A stretch of 64,000 nt of DNA. It comes from a bacterium (lineage in GTDB: Bacteria; Patescibacteriota; JABMPQ01; JBDRIV01). Below, piece by piece: positions 24,069-33,087 of the stretch. The translations under genes were made by a program, and so were the position numbers. The notes below the pieces were generated by a model that did not search any database, had not been told where the DNA came from, and saw only the letters and a program-made list of their open reading frames with translations. The stretch is from positions 182,943 to 246,942 of the forward strand of contig JBDRIV010000002.1 in NCBI GenBank assembly GCA_043815505.1. The letters run 5' to 3'. Numbering within the stretch: the stretch's first letter is position 1; every line of letters begins with the position of its first letter.

Positions 24069-24293
24069 ATGTTAGTTGATTGGAGTGAAATAGTAACTTG
24101 TCCAAATTCCGCATGTGGATCAAATGTTCCCAAGCCTAATATTATGATTTGCCCCGAATGCGGAAAAGGTATGTGTCCAATTTGTACCAAATCTGCTTTT
24201 GCAACTGATAGCAGTCAAGTTATATGTCCACATGAAAGTTGCAAAAGAACAATAAAATTAAAAGTGAAGCAAGTATTCTGTCTGAATACATAG
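24069..24293 (+). CDS. small Cys-rich zinc-ribbon-like protein
   Basis: CPNSAC, CPEC, CPIC, CPHESC; SD GGGAGG; downstream hairpin GACCAGA-GCAA-TCTGGTC plus T-rich tail. Confidence 0.65.
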   Translation: MLVDWSEIVTCPNSACGSNVPKPNIMICPECGKGMCPICTKSAFATDSSQVICPHESCKRTIKLKVKQVFCLNT

Positions 24294-24367
24294 AATCACA
24301 CAATTTCCGACCAGAGCAATCTGGTCTTTATTTTTATCAAAATTTGAGTTAAAATAATAACATTATG

Positions 24368-24474
24368 CCCGGTAGTACAACCGGGTTAGTAAAGAATAGA
24401 ATAATCCTTTTAATGAATTATATACAGAAGAAAGGTTAGCTAATATCAATTAAACAGTAAGTTGTACTACCGGG
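24368..24474. mobile_element. MITE-like element, 107 bp
   Basis: Perfect 14-bp terminal inverted repeats CCCGGTAGTACAAC (24368-24381) and GTTGTACTACCGGG (24461-24474), flanked by ATG on both sides (possible 3-bp target duplication). Confidence 0.65.
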
Positions 24475-24762
24475 ATGGCAAAAATCACTAAACAAGACAT
24501 TGAATATCTGGCTCGCCTGGCGCGGCTGGAATTATCAGAGGAAGAAAAGGAAAAATTCACATCAGAAATATCCTCAGTTTTAGAGTACATCGAAAAACTA
24601 AATGAGGTTGATACCAAAGGAATTGAAGATTTAGATCAAGTCACCGGTCTTAAACAATCGGGCCGAGTAGACTCTGTTCGAAAAAGCATTTCACGTGATG
24701 AAATGTTAAAAAACGCTCCACATAAAAAAGATGGTTTGGTAAAAGCAAAGGCAGTTAAATGA
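24475..24762 (+). CDS. gatC: Asp/Glu-tRNA amidotransferase subunit C
   Basis: IEYLARLARLELSEEE...LNEVDT...NAP; overlaps gatA. Confidence 0.95.
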   Translation: MAKITKQDIEYLARLARLELSEEEKEKFTSEISSVLEYIEKLNEVDTKGIEDLDQVTGLKQSGRVDSVRKSISRDEMLKNAPHKKDGLVKAKAVK

Positions 24763-26219
24763 ATTTACACGAACTAACAATTGCCGAAGCCAATGATAAG
24801 TTGGAACAAAAAGAAATTTCTTCTCTTGATTTAACAGAAGCTGTTTTAGGTCGGATTGAAGTTGTTAATGACGATTTAAACGCCTATCTTAAAGTTACAG
24901 CTGACGAAGCTTGCGCTCAAGCAAAAATAGTTGACGACAAGGCAGCCCGCAACGAAAAATCAACTCCGCTAGGTGGTATTCCTCATGCTTTGAAAGATAA
25001 TTTTCTAACCAAAGGAATTGTAACCACCAATGGTTCCAAAATTTTGAAAGATTATATTCCACCTTATGATGCGACAGTAGTGGCTAGGTTAAAAAAAGAA
25101 GAAGCGGTTTTGCTCGGAAAATGTAATCAGGATGAATTTGCCATGGGGTCTTCCAATGAGCAATCGGCGTTTGGTGCTGTAAAAAATCCATACGATTTGG
25201 AAAGAGTGCCCGGAGGTTCGTCTGGAGGTTCAGCAGCCGCCGTGGCAGCTGATGCCGCCATATTTGCTCTCGGAACTGACACCGCCGGTTCCATCAGACA
25301 ACCAGCTTCTTTTTGTGGCGTCGTTGGTATGAAACCAACTTATGGTCGAGTTTCTCGTTATGGTGTGATGGCGCTTGCTTCTTCATTAGATGTAATTGGA
25401 CCAATTACTAAAACTGTGGCCGACAATGCTCTGGTTTTAAATTATTTGGCCGGTCAGGACAGACAAGATTCTACCACCTATCCTGAACCAGTTCAGGATT
25501 ACACTTCCGCTTTGCGCCCTGATGTTAAGGGGATAAAAATTGGCATTCCTAAAGAATATTTTGCCGAAGGTGTTGATGCCAAGGTTAAATCAACAATTAA
25601 AGAAGCTATTAAAAAATTAGAAGAACTGGGTGCTAAAACAGAAGAAGTTAGCCTACCAACTTCTAAATATGCGGTTCCTTGCTATTACATTATTTGTCCC
25701 GCCGAAGCTTCTTCTAACCTTGCTCGCTATGACGGCATTCGCTATGGACATTCCACTAAAGAAGCCAACGAATTATACGAAGTTTATACCAAATCGCGAT
25801 CAGAAGGTTTTGGTGACGAACCAAAACGTAGAATTATAATTGGAACTTATGCTTTGTCGGCTGGTTATTTTGATGCTTATTATGGGAAAGCCCAAAAAGT
25901 GCGAGCCAAGATAAAACAAGAATTTGAAGAAGTATTTAAAAAAGTAGATGTGTTGGTGGCGCCAACCACACCAACTACCGCTTTCAAATTGGGAGAAAAA
26001 GTTACCGATCCTTTATCACTTTATTTAGCAGATATTTTAACTGTTCCGCAGAACTTAGCCGGCGTGCCCGCACTTTCGGTTCCTGCTGGCTACATCGACG
26101 GCTTACCAATTGGAATGCAAATCATGGGACCGCAGTTTTCCGAAAGCAGATTGTACCAAGTGGGATTTGCCTACGAACAAGCCACTAACTGGCGTAAACA
26201 AAAACAATTAAAAGTTTAG
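24759..26219 (+). CDS. gatA: Asp/Glu-tRNA amidotransferase subunit A
   Basis: Amidase signature KDN, PGGSSGGSAA, GTDTAGSIRQPA, SSNLARYDG. Confidence 0.97.
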   Translation: MNLHELTIAEANDKLEQKEISSLDLTEAVLGRIEVVNDDLNAYLKVTADEACAQAKIVDDKAARNEKSTPLGGIPHALKDNFLTKGIVTTNGSKILKDYIPPYDATVVARLKKEEAVLLGKCNQDEFAMGSSNEQSAFGAVKNPYDLERVPGGSSGGSAAAVAADAAIFALGTDTAGSIRQPASFCGVVGMKPTYGRVSRYGVMALASSLDVIGPITKTVADNALVLNYLAGQDRQDSTTYPEPVQDYTSALRPDVKGIKIGIPKEYFAEGVDAKVKSTIKEAIKKLEELGAKTEEVSLPTSKYAVPCYYIICPAEASSNLARYDGIRYGHSTKEANELYEVYTKSRSEGFGDEPKRRIIIGTYALSAGYFDAYYGKAQKVRAKIKQEFEEVFKKVDVLVAPTTPTTAFKLGEKVTDPLSLYLADILTVPQNLAGVPALSVPAGYIDGLPIGMQIMGPQFSESRLYQVGFAYEQATNWRKQKQLKV

Positions 26220-26258
26220 TTATTTTACATTTTTATCTTTACATTTTAATCTTTTAAT

Positions 26259-27011
26259 ATGGGCAGAGCACAAAAATTAAAGGAGGAAAGAAAACTGCAA
26301 AGAGAATTGGACGAGCAAACAAAGCAGGATAAAAAATCCAAGTTCGGTCTCCTCTTTTTTATAACATTAATTGTGGTATTAATTGCTTTAGGCGCAATTG
26401 CTTATTTCAATCAAAATGATGCCACCGAGGATGAATCAATGGCAACCACTACCGAAAACACTTCCGATAAACCAAATAAATGTATCACAGCAGATGTGAT
26501 GGCAAAAAATGAAATTACCGCCACCATAAAAACTGATAAAGGTGATATTAAATTGAATCTCTTTAAGGACAACGCTCCCCAGACCGTTGAAAACTTTGTA
26601 AAATTAGCTTGCGAGAACTTTTATGATGGTCTAACTTGGCATCGCGTTGTTGATGGTTTTGTAATTCAAGGCGGTGATCCATCTGGTGATGGTTCGGGTG
26701 GTCCCGGATATTCTTTTGAAGATGAAATAAATTCTCAAAGTTTAGGATTATCGAGTGATGCCATCAGCGCTTTGGAAGCAGAAGGTTATATGTATAATTC
26801 TGAATTGGAATCAAAGAAGATGGAAAAAGGATCGTTAGCGATGGCCAATTCCGGACCAAATACCAATGGCTCGCAATTCTTCATTGTAACTGACGAAGCT
26901 CAACCTCATTTAGACGGCCGTCATACTGTTTTTGGAGAAGTTTTAGAAGGAATGGATGTTGTAGCGCAAGTTCAGCAGGGAGATGTAATAAATGAAATTA
27001 TTGTAGAATAG
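26259..27011 (+). CDS. membrane-anchored cyclophilin-type peptidyl-prolyl isomerase
   Basis: TM helix; [42 protein letters not shown]. Confidence 0.95.
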   Translation: MGRAQKLKEERKLQRELDEQTKQDKKSKFGLLFFITLIVVLIALGAIAYFNQNDATEDESMATTTENTSDKPNKCITADVMAKNEITATIKTDKGDIKLNLFKDNAPQTVENFVKLACENFYDGLTWHRVVDGFVIQGGDPSGDGSGGPGYSFEDEINSQSLGLSSDAISALEAEGYMYNSELESKKMEKGSLAMANSGPNTNGSQFFIVTDEAQPHLDGRHTVFGEVLEGMDVVAQVQQGDVINEIIVE

Positions 27012-27033
27012 ACCAAGATTTAAAATTTATTGT

Positions 27034-27070
27034 CCCGCTCCAGTTTTTGTAAAAATTGGAGCGGGGGTTT
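27034..27070 (+). terminator. hairpin terminator (copy 1 of a repeated hairpin)
   Basis: CCCGCTCCAGTTTTT-GT-AAAAATTGGAGCGGG; left arm repeated at 28087. Confidence 0.7.
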
Positions 27071-27147
27071 ATTTAATTGACAAAAACAACAAAAACTATA
27101 TATTAGAAATAATTATTCGTACTTTTCAATCAATAGGGAGGTAGAAA

Positions 27148-27861
27148 ATGAGTGTAATCAAAAAAAGATTGCAGCGCATGTACCGACCGAAAATGAGATT
27201 AAATATTGCCTTTGTTTTGCTGACGACATTTCTTCTTATTGTGTCATTTTGTTCTCAACATAATGTACAAGGAGCAAACAAAGAACTGAAAGACACTGAA
27301 GATGAACAGAAATTTTTACAAGCACAAAACGAATTAAATCGTATTATTCTCAATCATCCTAAATCAGAGATTAGTAGCGATTTAAAAAAATTTTTGCAGA
27401 AAGAGGAGGTAAAGCTTAGCATAAATGTTGGTGATGTGCCATATAACCTAAAGACAAAACTGGTTAAAATGAGACTAATTGTTCTTACTGCAGAAATGGA
27501 CTATTTAATCAGTAGTAGGTGGTCTGATTGTCATAAGTTTTGCTCCATTTGGCATGAATATCAGCACATCTTGCAAATTCAGGCAGGTCATTACCCTGTC
27601 TTTGATAACGATAGAAAAATCAGTTGGGAAGACGTAAAGCTCAATTTCGAAAATGAATTAGAAGCGTACGCGGCGCAATTTGAATTAGCTACCGAACTTG
27701 GTTGTTTAGAAGAATTTGATGCCGGCAAAGCTTTCATGAAGAATGGTAAAAAAGGTTTGATTTTGTATCTCATGTATAGAGGCCGACCCGATCTATATCT
27801 GAAGTATGAAGATAAACTGTTAGAAGAGTTTTTGGAAAAGGAGGAATTATGGCTAAGATAA
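27148..27861 (+). CDS. exported hypothetical protein with an HExxH zinc-peptidase motif
   Basis: TM/signal segment, WHEYQHILQ followed by ELEAY; SD GGGAGG. Confidence 0.7.
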   Translation: MSVIKKRLQRMYRPKMRLNIAFVLLTTFLLIVSFCSQHNVQGANKELKDTEDEQKFLQAQNELNRIILNHPKSEISSDLKKFLQKEEVKLSINVGDVPYNLKTKLVKMRLIVLTAEMDYLISSRWSDCHKFCSIWHEYQHILQIQAGHYPVFDNDRKISWEDVKLNFENELEAYAAQFELATELGCLEEFDAGKAFMKNGKKGLILYLMYRGRPDLYLKYEDKLLEEFLEKEELWLR

Positions 27862-28058
27862 GACACGCTTCAAATAAACGCAAAAGAGGGAATCGTTGGC
27901 TCAAGGGTCGAAACAAAATGATGGAATTATTTGCGGCGATAGAAGATCGTCCTTTCAAGGAAGAAGCAGAAAGAACCAGATTTTATCATCCTGAGTCACG
28001 CAGACACAAGCTTCCCCTTCCTCCTGGGTCCACGCAGACACAAGCTTCCTCTTCCTGA
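27849..28058 (+). CDS. small basic hypothetical protein, possibly frameshifted near the 3' end
   Basis: SD AAAGGAGG before ATG 27849, overlaps the upstream stop, contains an imperfect tandem duplication. Confidence 0.5.
   Translation: MAKIRHASNKRKRGNRWLKGRNKMMELFAAIEDRPFKEEAERTRFYHPESRRHKLPLPPGSTQTQASSS
27990..28056 (+). repeat. imperfect 33/34-bp tandem duplication
   Basis: CCTGAGT-CACGCAGACACAAGCTTCCCCTTCCT then CCTGGGTCCACGCAGACACAAGCTTCCTCTTCCT. Confidence 0.85.
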
Positions 28059-28085
28059 AGAAAATGATCTCTGGTAACAAAAATT

Positions 28086-28136
28086 CCCCGCTCCAGTTTT
28101 TGCTTTCGCAAGAAACTGGGGCGGGGTTTTTCTTTT
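28086..28136 (+). terminator. hairpin terminator (copy 2)
   Basis: CCCCGCTCCAGTTT...AAACTGGGGCGGGG followed by TTTTTCTTTT. Confidence 0.75.
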
Positions 28137-28176
28137 CTGTAATAAAATCCGACAAATCATTACGACTCAATAAACC

Positions 28177-28508
28177 TTGACATTTTAAACCCATATGCTA
28201 ATATACCTTGATTCGCAACTTTATAAGTGCGGATTTTTAATAAGACAATTTGGCTTAAAATAAAGGAAAAGTGATAATAAATCGCTTTTTATTATTGAGG
28301 ATAGCGAGTGAAGTAAGCATGCTTGCATGATTACTTCCAAGCGACGCAAATGACAAAGGATCGAAAATCCTTTCTTGTGGGGTAAAAGCCCACAAATAAG
28401 CCAAAATGCTAACAATTAGCCTTCTTCCTGGAATACGAGTGAAACCCAGTCCTACACTAGAAAACGCGCTACAGGAGGAAATAGAGGGCTTAAAAACCCC
28501 TCACACAT
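28177..28508 (+). promoter_or_regulatory. promoter and about 300-nt structured leader of the LysM/CHAP gene
   Basis: TTGACA(28177)-N16-TAATAT with extended TG, then at least five consecutive hairpins. Confidence 0.55.
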
Positions 28509-29636
28509 ATGCGTTTATCTGAAAACCGTTTCAGAATAAACAAACAAAAAAACATTCTAAATAACCTAGCGAAGAAGTCTAAATTCTTGCTAGTTTTTTG
28601 TAGGAAAAATTACAAAAAAATGTTGGCATTGCGCATGACTTATGTTATGTTAACCGCCATGCCACTAGGATTTATTGGTTCTGTTGGTGCTATAGATTCT
28701 AATATTCTATTTACGAACCCAACTGAAAAAGTTGTGATAGAAACAGTTAAGGTGGACAATCTTGCTTATCACTCAGATTCATTCACTACCGATTCTCTAA
28801 AATCTGCTTCTGGATTTATTGGATCAACAATGAGCGTACAATCTATTAATGATACCGAACCAATTCTTCTAGCATCCGTTCAAGGAGATTCCTTAATGAA
28901 ATTTAGTTCCCCTACTGGTGAATTAATTTCAACTGGATTTGCAAGTAAGCAGGCCAAGATGATTAATTATATTGTTCGTCCTGGCGATACGTTAAGTTCA
29001 ATTGCTTCTGCTTATAATGTTTCACCTGAAACAATTTTTACTCAAAACAGAAACAAGCTGGCTTCTAGCGACCGTATTTCCATCGGCGACGAATTAGAAG
29101 TTCCTAACTATGAAGGTTTAGCTCACACCGTTAAGTCTGGTGAAAGCGTTGCTAGTATTGCATCCAAATATGGAGTATCAGAAGATAGTATAATTTCTTT
29201 TAATGATTTAAATTCTGCTTCAGATATTTCTGCTGGCGATGTTTTGCACATCAAAAATGCTAAAAATATACCCTCAGCATCAACTTCTATTAAGAAAACC
29301 ACTGCTACTCAAATTACCAGATCAGCTGGGTCAAATTCATTTCCTTATGGTTACTGTACATACTACGTTGCTTCTAAAAGAAATGTAGTTTGGAGCGGTA
29401 ATGCTAAAAGCTGGTTAACAAATGCAGCTAGAGCTGGATACGCCATTGGCAAAACTCCCGAGACTGGATCTATTGTTGTAACTTATGAATCAGGTTGGGG
29501 ACACGTTGCTTATGTTGAATCTGTAAATGGAGATGGAAGTTTTACGGTTTCGGAAATGAATTATGTTGGTTGGGGCGTGGTAAACACCCGCACCATGAGC
29601 GCCGGAAGTGGAATGGTAGCCGGATTCATTTACTAA
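28509..29636 (+). CDS. LysM-LysM-CHAP peptidoglycan hydrolase
   Basis: Two LysM domains (YIVRPGDTLSSIA, HTVKSGESVASIA) and CHAP (GYCTYY, WSGNA, GHVAYV, SEMNY). The true start may be a downstream ATG. Confidence 0.92.
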   Translation: MRLSENRFRINKQKNILNNLAKKSKFLLVFCRKNYKKMLALRMTYVMLTAMPLGFIGSVGAIDSNILFTNPTEKVVIETVKVDNLAYHSDSFTTDSLKSASGFIGSTMSVQSINDTEPILLASVQGDSLMKFSSPTGELISTGFASKQAKMINYIVRPGDTLSSIASAYNVSPETIFTQNRNKLASSDRISIGDELEVPNYEGLAHTVKSGESVASIASKYGVSEDSIISFNDLNSASDISAGDVLHIKNAKNIPSASTSIKKTTATQITRSAGSNSFPYGYCTYYVASKRNVVWSGNAKSWLTNAARAGYAIGKTPETGSIVVTYESGWGHVAYVESVNGDGSFTVSEMNYVGWGVVNTRTMSAGSGMVAGFIY

Positions 29637-29646
29637 ATTTGATTTT

Positions 29647-29678
29647 AAAAACCCCTTCAAGAATTTGAGGGGGTTTTT
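29647..29678. terminator. bidirectional terminator
   Basis: AAAAACCCCTTCAA-GAAT-TTGAGGGGGTTTTT between convergent genes. Confidence 0.75.
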
Positions 29679-29804
29679 GTTATATCTATTTAACTATAAA
29701 ATTCACTTTTTGACAGCAAAAGGTGGTAGATTAAAATAAATGGTGAAAAAGATATATTATTATAAAATTATGATAAAAAATATTCTCCTTAAGAATATTT
29801 TAAA

Positions 29805-30395
29805 TTATTTATGATCCTTCTGGTATTCCGCATCATTCTCCATCATTTCTTTTAAAAGTTCACGCAGATAAACTGCTTTAGATTTTCCTCGGCCCGTAGC
29901 TTTCCAGTGCAAATAACTTTCAATCCGTTCCGAAATGCGCAAAGTAAATTTAATATTAGGAACATCTTTAGCTTGTGATTTTTGAACCTTGCGTAAAAAT
30001 GAAATTAATACTTTGGGTAAATTCTCTTCAGTATAAGGTTTTACTGCCACTCCACTTATTTTGCCAGCGTTTTGCAAATTTTCAGGAATTCCTTGAGGCT
30101 GGCCAGATTCTTTATATAAACACAAAACTGGCTTCTTTTGCAAAGCCGCAAATGCCAGAATATAAGAAACTTCGTTACTTAGAGTAGAAACTTCAATAAT
30201 AAAGCCATCAGTGCCGGCAAACAGTACGCCATTTTTCTTACTATCTCGTTTTACAGTTTCAGTTGAAAAGTTTTGTTCCTCACCAATTTTTCTGGCGTAC
30301 TCAATATTTTCGCGATCCAAAGTGTGCTCTGCAATTTCGTAAGCAGCTTTTATTTTATAATCTTCAGTTTGTGGTCCGTAGAAGTAAACTCTCAT
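29805..30395 (-). CDS. nucleoside 2-deoxyribosyltransferase-like domain fused to a C-terminal ribbon-helix-helix-like domain
   Basis: MRVYFYG, DGFIIEVSTLSNEVSYILAFA, KKPVLCLY; C-terminal KFTLRISERIESYLHWKA...SKAVYLRELL. Confidence 0.6.
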   Translation of the reverse strand: MRVYFYGPQTEDYKIKAAYEIAEHTLDRENIEYARKIGEEQNFSTETVKRDSKKNGVLFAGTDGFIIEVSTLSNEVSYILAFAALQKKPVLCLYKESGQPQGIPENLQNAGKISGVAVKPYTEENLPKVLISFLRKVQKSQAKDVPNIKFTLRISERIESYLHWKATGRGKSKAVYLRELLKEMMENDAEYQKDHK

Positions 30396-30413
30396 AATCT
30401 ATTTTATAAAACT

Positions 30414-31445
30414 TTAGGTGGTGGTAATTTCACCAGCCAAATTTGTTTGCAAAAATTCACTGAAGCGCGATGGTGTTTTTGTTTGCGCCAGTGCCAACAT
30501 CGATTTAATAAGCGTACTTTCCAAAGTCATATTATTTACAACTGTTGCTTCAATTCCCATTTCATCCAATTGTTTCACCAGATGTTGTTTGTTATTTTCA
30601 TCCAACATAATGTCGCGATAAATCAAACGTTTTCCTTGCTTGGTAATTTCAAGCATGGCTTTTTGGTGCTCTGGAGAAATGTTAGTTTGAATTGTGGACT
30701 GAATTAGAATTGCCCGAGCATCAGTTTCAGCTAAATTTTCCAAAAGTTTAGCCGGCAGAGAAGGATACAAATAAATTACCTGAATATTATTATCCATTTC
30801 TGTTGCGATATTAGTATTTGTTTGTTCAGTTTTCAAAATGTTATTTGCTAACTTTACTCCAAAATCAATTTGTCCAATTGGATCCATGCGAAAGCTGGAA
30901 AAGATATTTATAGGATTGTTGGGTGAGCGAAAAGCCCGGTTGGCACGCACCAACTGATTGCCAAACATTAAAGAAACATCGCGGTGCGGAAGAGTAGCCA
31001 CTTGAACGGCGTTGATTAAATTTGCCTTAGTTCCTAAAAATTCAAATTTTTGCAGAGAAGTTTCATCGTACTTATTATGAATCGCAAAATTGTAATTTCC
31101 TGTGCAGACAAGTGGTTTGTTAAAATCTGCCAAAAGAAAAGACAACGCCGTTGCGGTGTAGGTGATATTTTCAATATTATGTACCAGCACAAAGCCATCA
31201 AAATCATTTTCGTGTTTTTTTATAGTTCTCGCAAAATCAATCCAGTCGGTTTGGCTAACTTGTTCAGGTTCCTTTGGTAAAAGCAAAATTGGTTGAACAT
31301 CACAAATAAGCTCAAGTTCAGGAATGAATTTAAGCCACTTTTTTATATCTTTCTCGTTTTTAATGGAAGTAGACTCTGGGTCGTTGTAAGAAAGCGTTGT
31401 TCCAGAAGAAAGAAATAATCCAATTTTAGTATTCTTTTTAGGCAA
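30414..31445 (-). CDS. type I asparaginase-family protein with a degenerate active site
   Basis: DGFVLVHNIENITYTATALSFLL, KPLVCTG, NLINAV, IYLYP, MTLESTLIK; TTG start. Confidence 0.8.
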   Translation of the reverse strand: MPKKNTKIGLFLSSGTTLSYNDPESTSIKNEKDIKKWLKFIPELELICDVQPILLLPKEPEQVSQTDWIDFARTIKKHENDFDGFVLVHNIENITYTATALSFLLADFNKPLVCTGNYNFAIHNKYDETSLQKFEFLGTKANLINAVQVATLPHRDVSLMFGNQLVRANRAFRSPNNPINIFSSFRMDPIGQIDFGVKLANNILKTEQTNTNIATEMDNNIQVIYLYPSLPAKLLENLAETDARAILIQSTIQTNISPEHQKAMLEITKQGKRLIYRDIMLDENNKQHLVKQLDEMGIEATVVNNMTLESTLIKSMLALAQTKTPSRFSEFLQTNLAGEITTT

Positions 31446-31676
31446 AATACAAGTTTAATATTGACATACCTTTTGGCTCTGCTATAATGAAAACAGTATA
31501 TAGGGCCGTCGCAGATAAAGAGCCGTCTATATTATATCAAAAAGATAAATCTTTGTAAAATATTCAGCACATTTCAAAATATTATTGGAAAAATAGAGCC
31601 GTCGCAAATTTCTATAAAATTGTTAAAAAGAGTTGTGGATAAGTTTAGATTATTAGCAATCTGTGAGGTTTTTAAA

Positions 31677-31734
31677 TTCTGCTCATAGTTCTCCCGTCTT
31701 CCCCCAGTTCAGGACGGGAGAACTATGAGCAGAA
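31677..31734. repeat. perfect 22-bp inverted repeat
   Basis: TTCTGCTCATAGTTCTCCCGTC ... GACGGGAGAACTATGAGCAGAA. Confidence 0.85.
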
Positions 31735-31868
31735 AAGATGGCCATATCGGCCAGCGCTCTTTTGAAAATAGGAGACTATATGGAGAAAGTATTTTTCGAA
31801 CTTGTCTTAGTATGAAGTATGCGCCTAGGACGTAACCAACAACAGACCAAATTATAGGAGCAAGAAAA

Positions 31869-32729
31869 ATGCGATCTTTCAAAAACCTGTTTTGTCTAGT
31901 GGCGCTCATTATGTGCACGCTCATGTGCATGATGGCGCCAAACCTGGTCACCGCTCAGCAACTTCAGAATGATGAACGAATGATCGACGAAGCCATGGCA
32001 AACTTAATGGCTGCTGAAGAAGGTGAGGAAACCATTGATCTTTTCGCAAGTTATCCGCAAGAATTGCGAAAGAAAATTCAGGAAAGAATCGTTGATGAGG
32101 GAATAGAATTGCATCCGGACGTTCCTGATTGGACATTGCCCTCTGCACAAGTAGTTATCGAGGAGATGTCATTGAATCCTGATGATGTCATCGCGGTTCA
32201 GCACATGGTATTTTATGATGAGGATGATACCATTTTGGGTGATTATGATACTGTTATCACTAATAACAATTGGTATTATCTTAATCTTAATACTGGCTCC
32301 ATCAGGTTAAAAGAACCTCGAACCACTGATGGGCGAGTGATATCTGATGTTTATGGTGTTAGCTGTCAACGAACTGAAGGTTCGTGTACATCATCAGAAT
32401 GGGTTGTGAATTTCTGGTTTCCAACTTGTTTTGAAATGCACCCAGACTATGACGGTAGAATTAGTGGTGTAGTTGATGCTTGGTTCAACTTATCACCGAA
32501 TTGCTGGATTTGCTGTGGTCACCCATGTACATATGGTTTTTGTAGCAGTAAAGCTTGGCCAGAATTTGGATATGATGGTTGGTACTCTTTTCAAGATTGT
32601 AGTCCGCGCTGGTCAATAAAGAATGGTAAGCAAGTACAAAAACGTTGGTACTACTCACTAAGAAATTGTGGGTTTTCCAGTCGATATATCGCCAGTAGGA
32701 TTCATACTAGGATCGAGTACACTCCATAA
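31869..32729 (+). CDS. secreted hypothetical protein with an acidic N-region and Cys/Trp-rich C-terminal domain
   Basis: Signal peptide, SD AGGAG, about ten Cys in the C-terminal half, downstream hairpin at 32739-32770. Confidence 0.75.
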   Translation: MRSFKNLFCLVALIMCTLMCMMAPNLVTAQQLQNDERMIDEAMANLMAAEEGEETIDLFASYPQELRKKIQERIVDEGIELHPDVPDWTLPSAQVVIEEMSLNPDDVIAVQHMVFYDEDDTILGDYDTVITNNNWYYLNLNTGSIRLKEPRTTDGRVISDVYGVSCQRTEGSCTSSEWVVNFWFPTCFEMHPDYDGRISGVVDAWFNLSPNCWICCGHPCTYGFCSSKAWPEFGYDGWYSFQDCSPRWSIKNGKQVQKRWYYSLRNCGFSSRYIASRIHTRIEYTP

Positions 32730-32788
32730 AAACAATGATGTCACCTGCTCAATAAAATGGGCAGGTGACACTTAAAAAATAAAATCAC

Positions 32789-33076
32789 ATGGTTAAGAAA
32801 ATTCTATATCCATTATTAGCAATAATTTCATTTATGCTATTTAGCCTAATAATATCTTATGTTATTGGGCTTGGTTTTGCTTTGTACGATCATTTTAGTG
32901 GCCAATCTATCAATGAAGATTATTTGTTTAAAATGCACTATTATATATCTTTATTAATGACATTAATAGTAGTTACCATAATAATGTTAAGCAAGAAGCC
33001 GAAGTGGTTGGCATATTGTGCTCTTATTGGTTTTTTTATTGAGTTTTCGTTATTCTCGGGATTTCCATTTATTTAA
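32789..33076 (+). CDS. small 3-TM membrane protein
   Basis: 95 aa with three hydrophobic segments. Confidence 0.65.
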   Translation: MVKKILYPLLAIISFMLFSLIISYVIGLGFALYDHFSGQSINEDYLFKMHYYISLLMTLIVVTIIMLSKKPKWLAYCALIGFFIEFSLFSGFPFI

Positions 33077-33087
33077 TTAATCAAAAC

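Noticed and set aside
28290-28500. c-di-AMP or c-di-GMP riboswitch call
   Set aside because: Only a GACGCAAA fragment resembles the c-di-GMP-I consensus; the other conserved blocks are missing. Kept as an unknown structured leader.
31501-31606. Mini CRISPR array
   Set aside because: Repeats are only 9-13 bp, irregularly spaced, and no cas genes are present.
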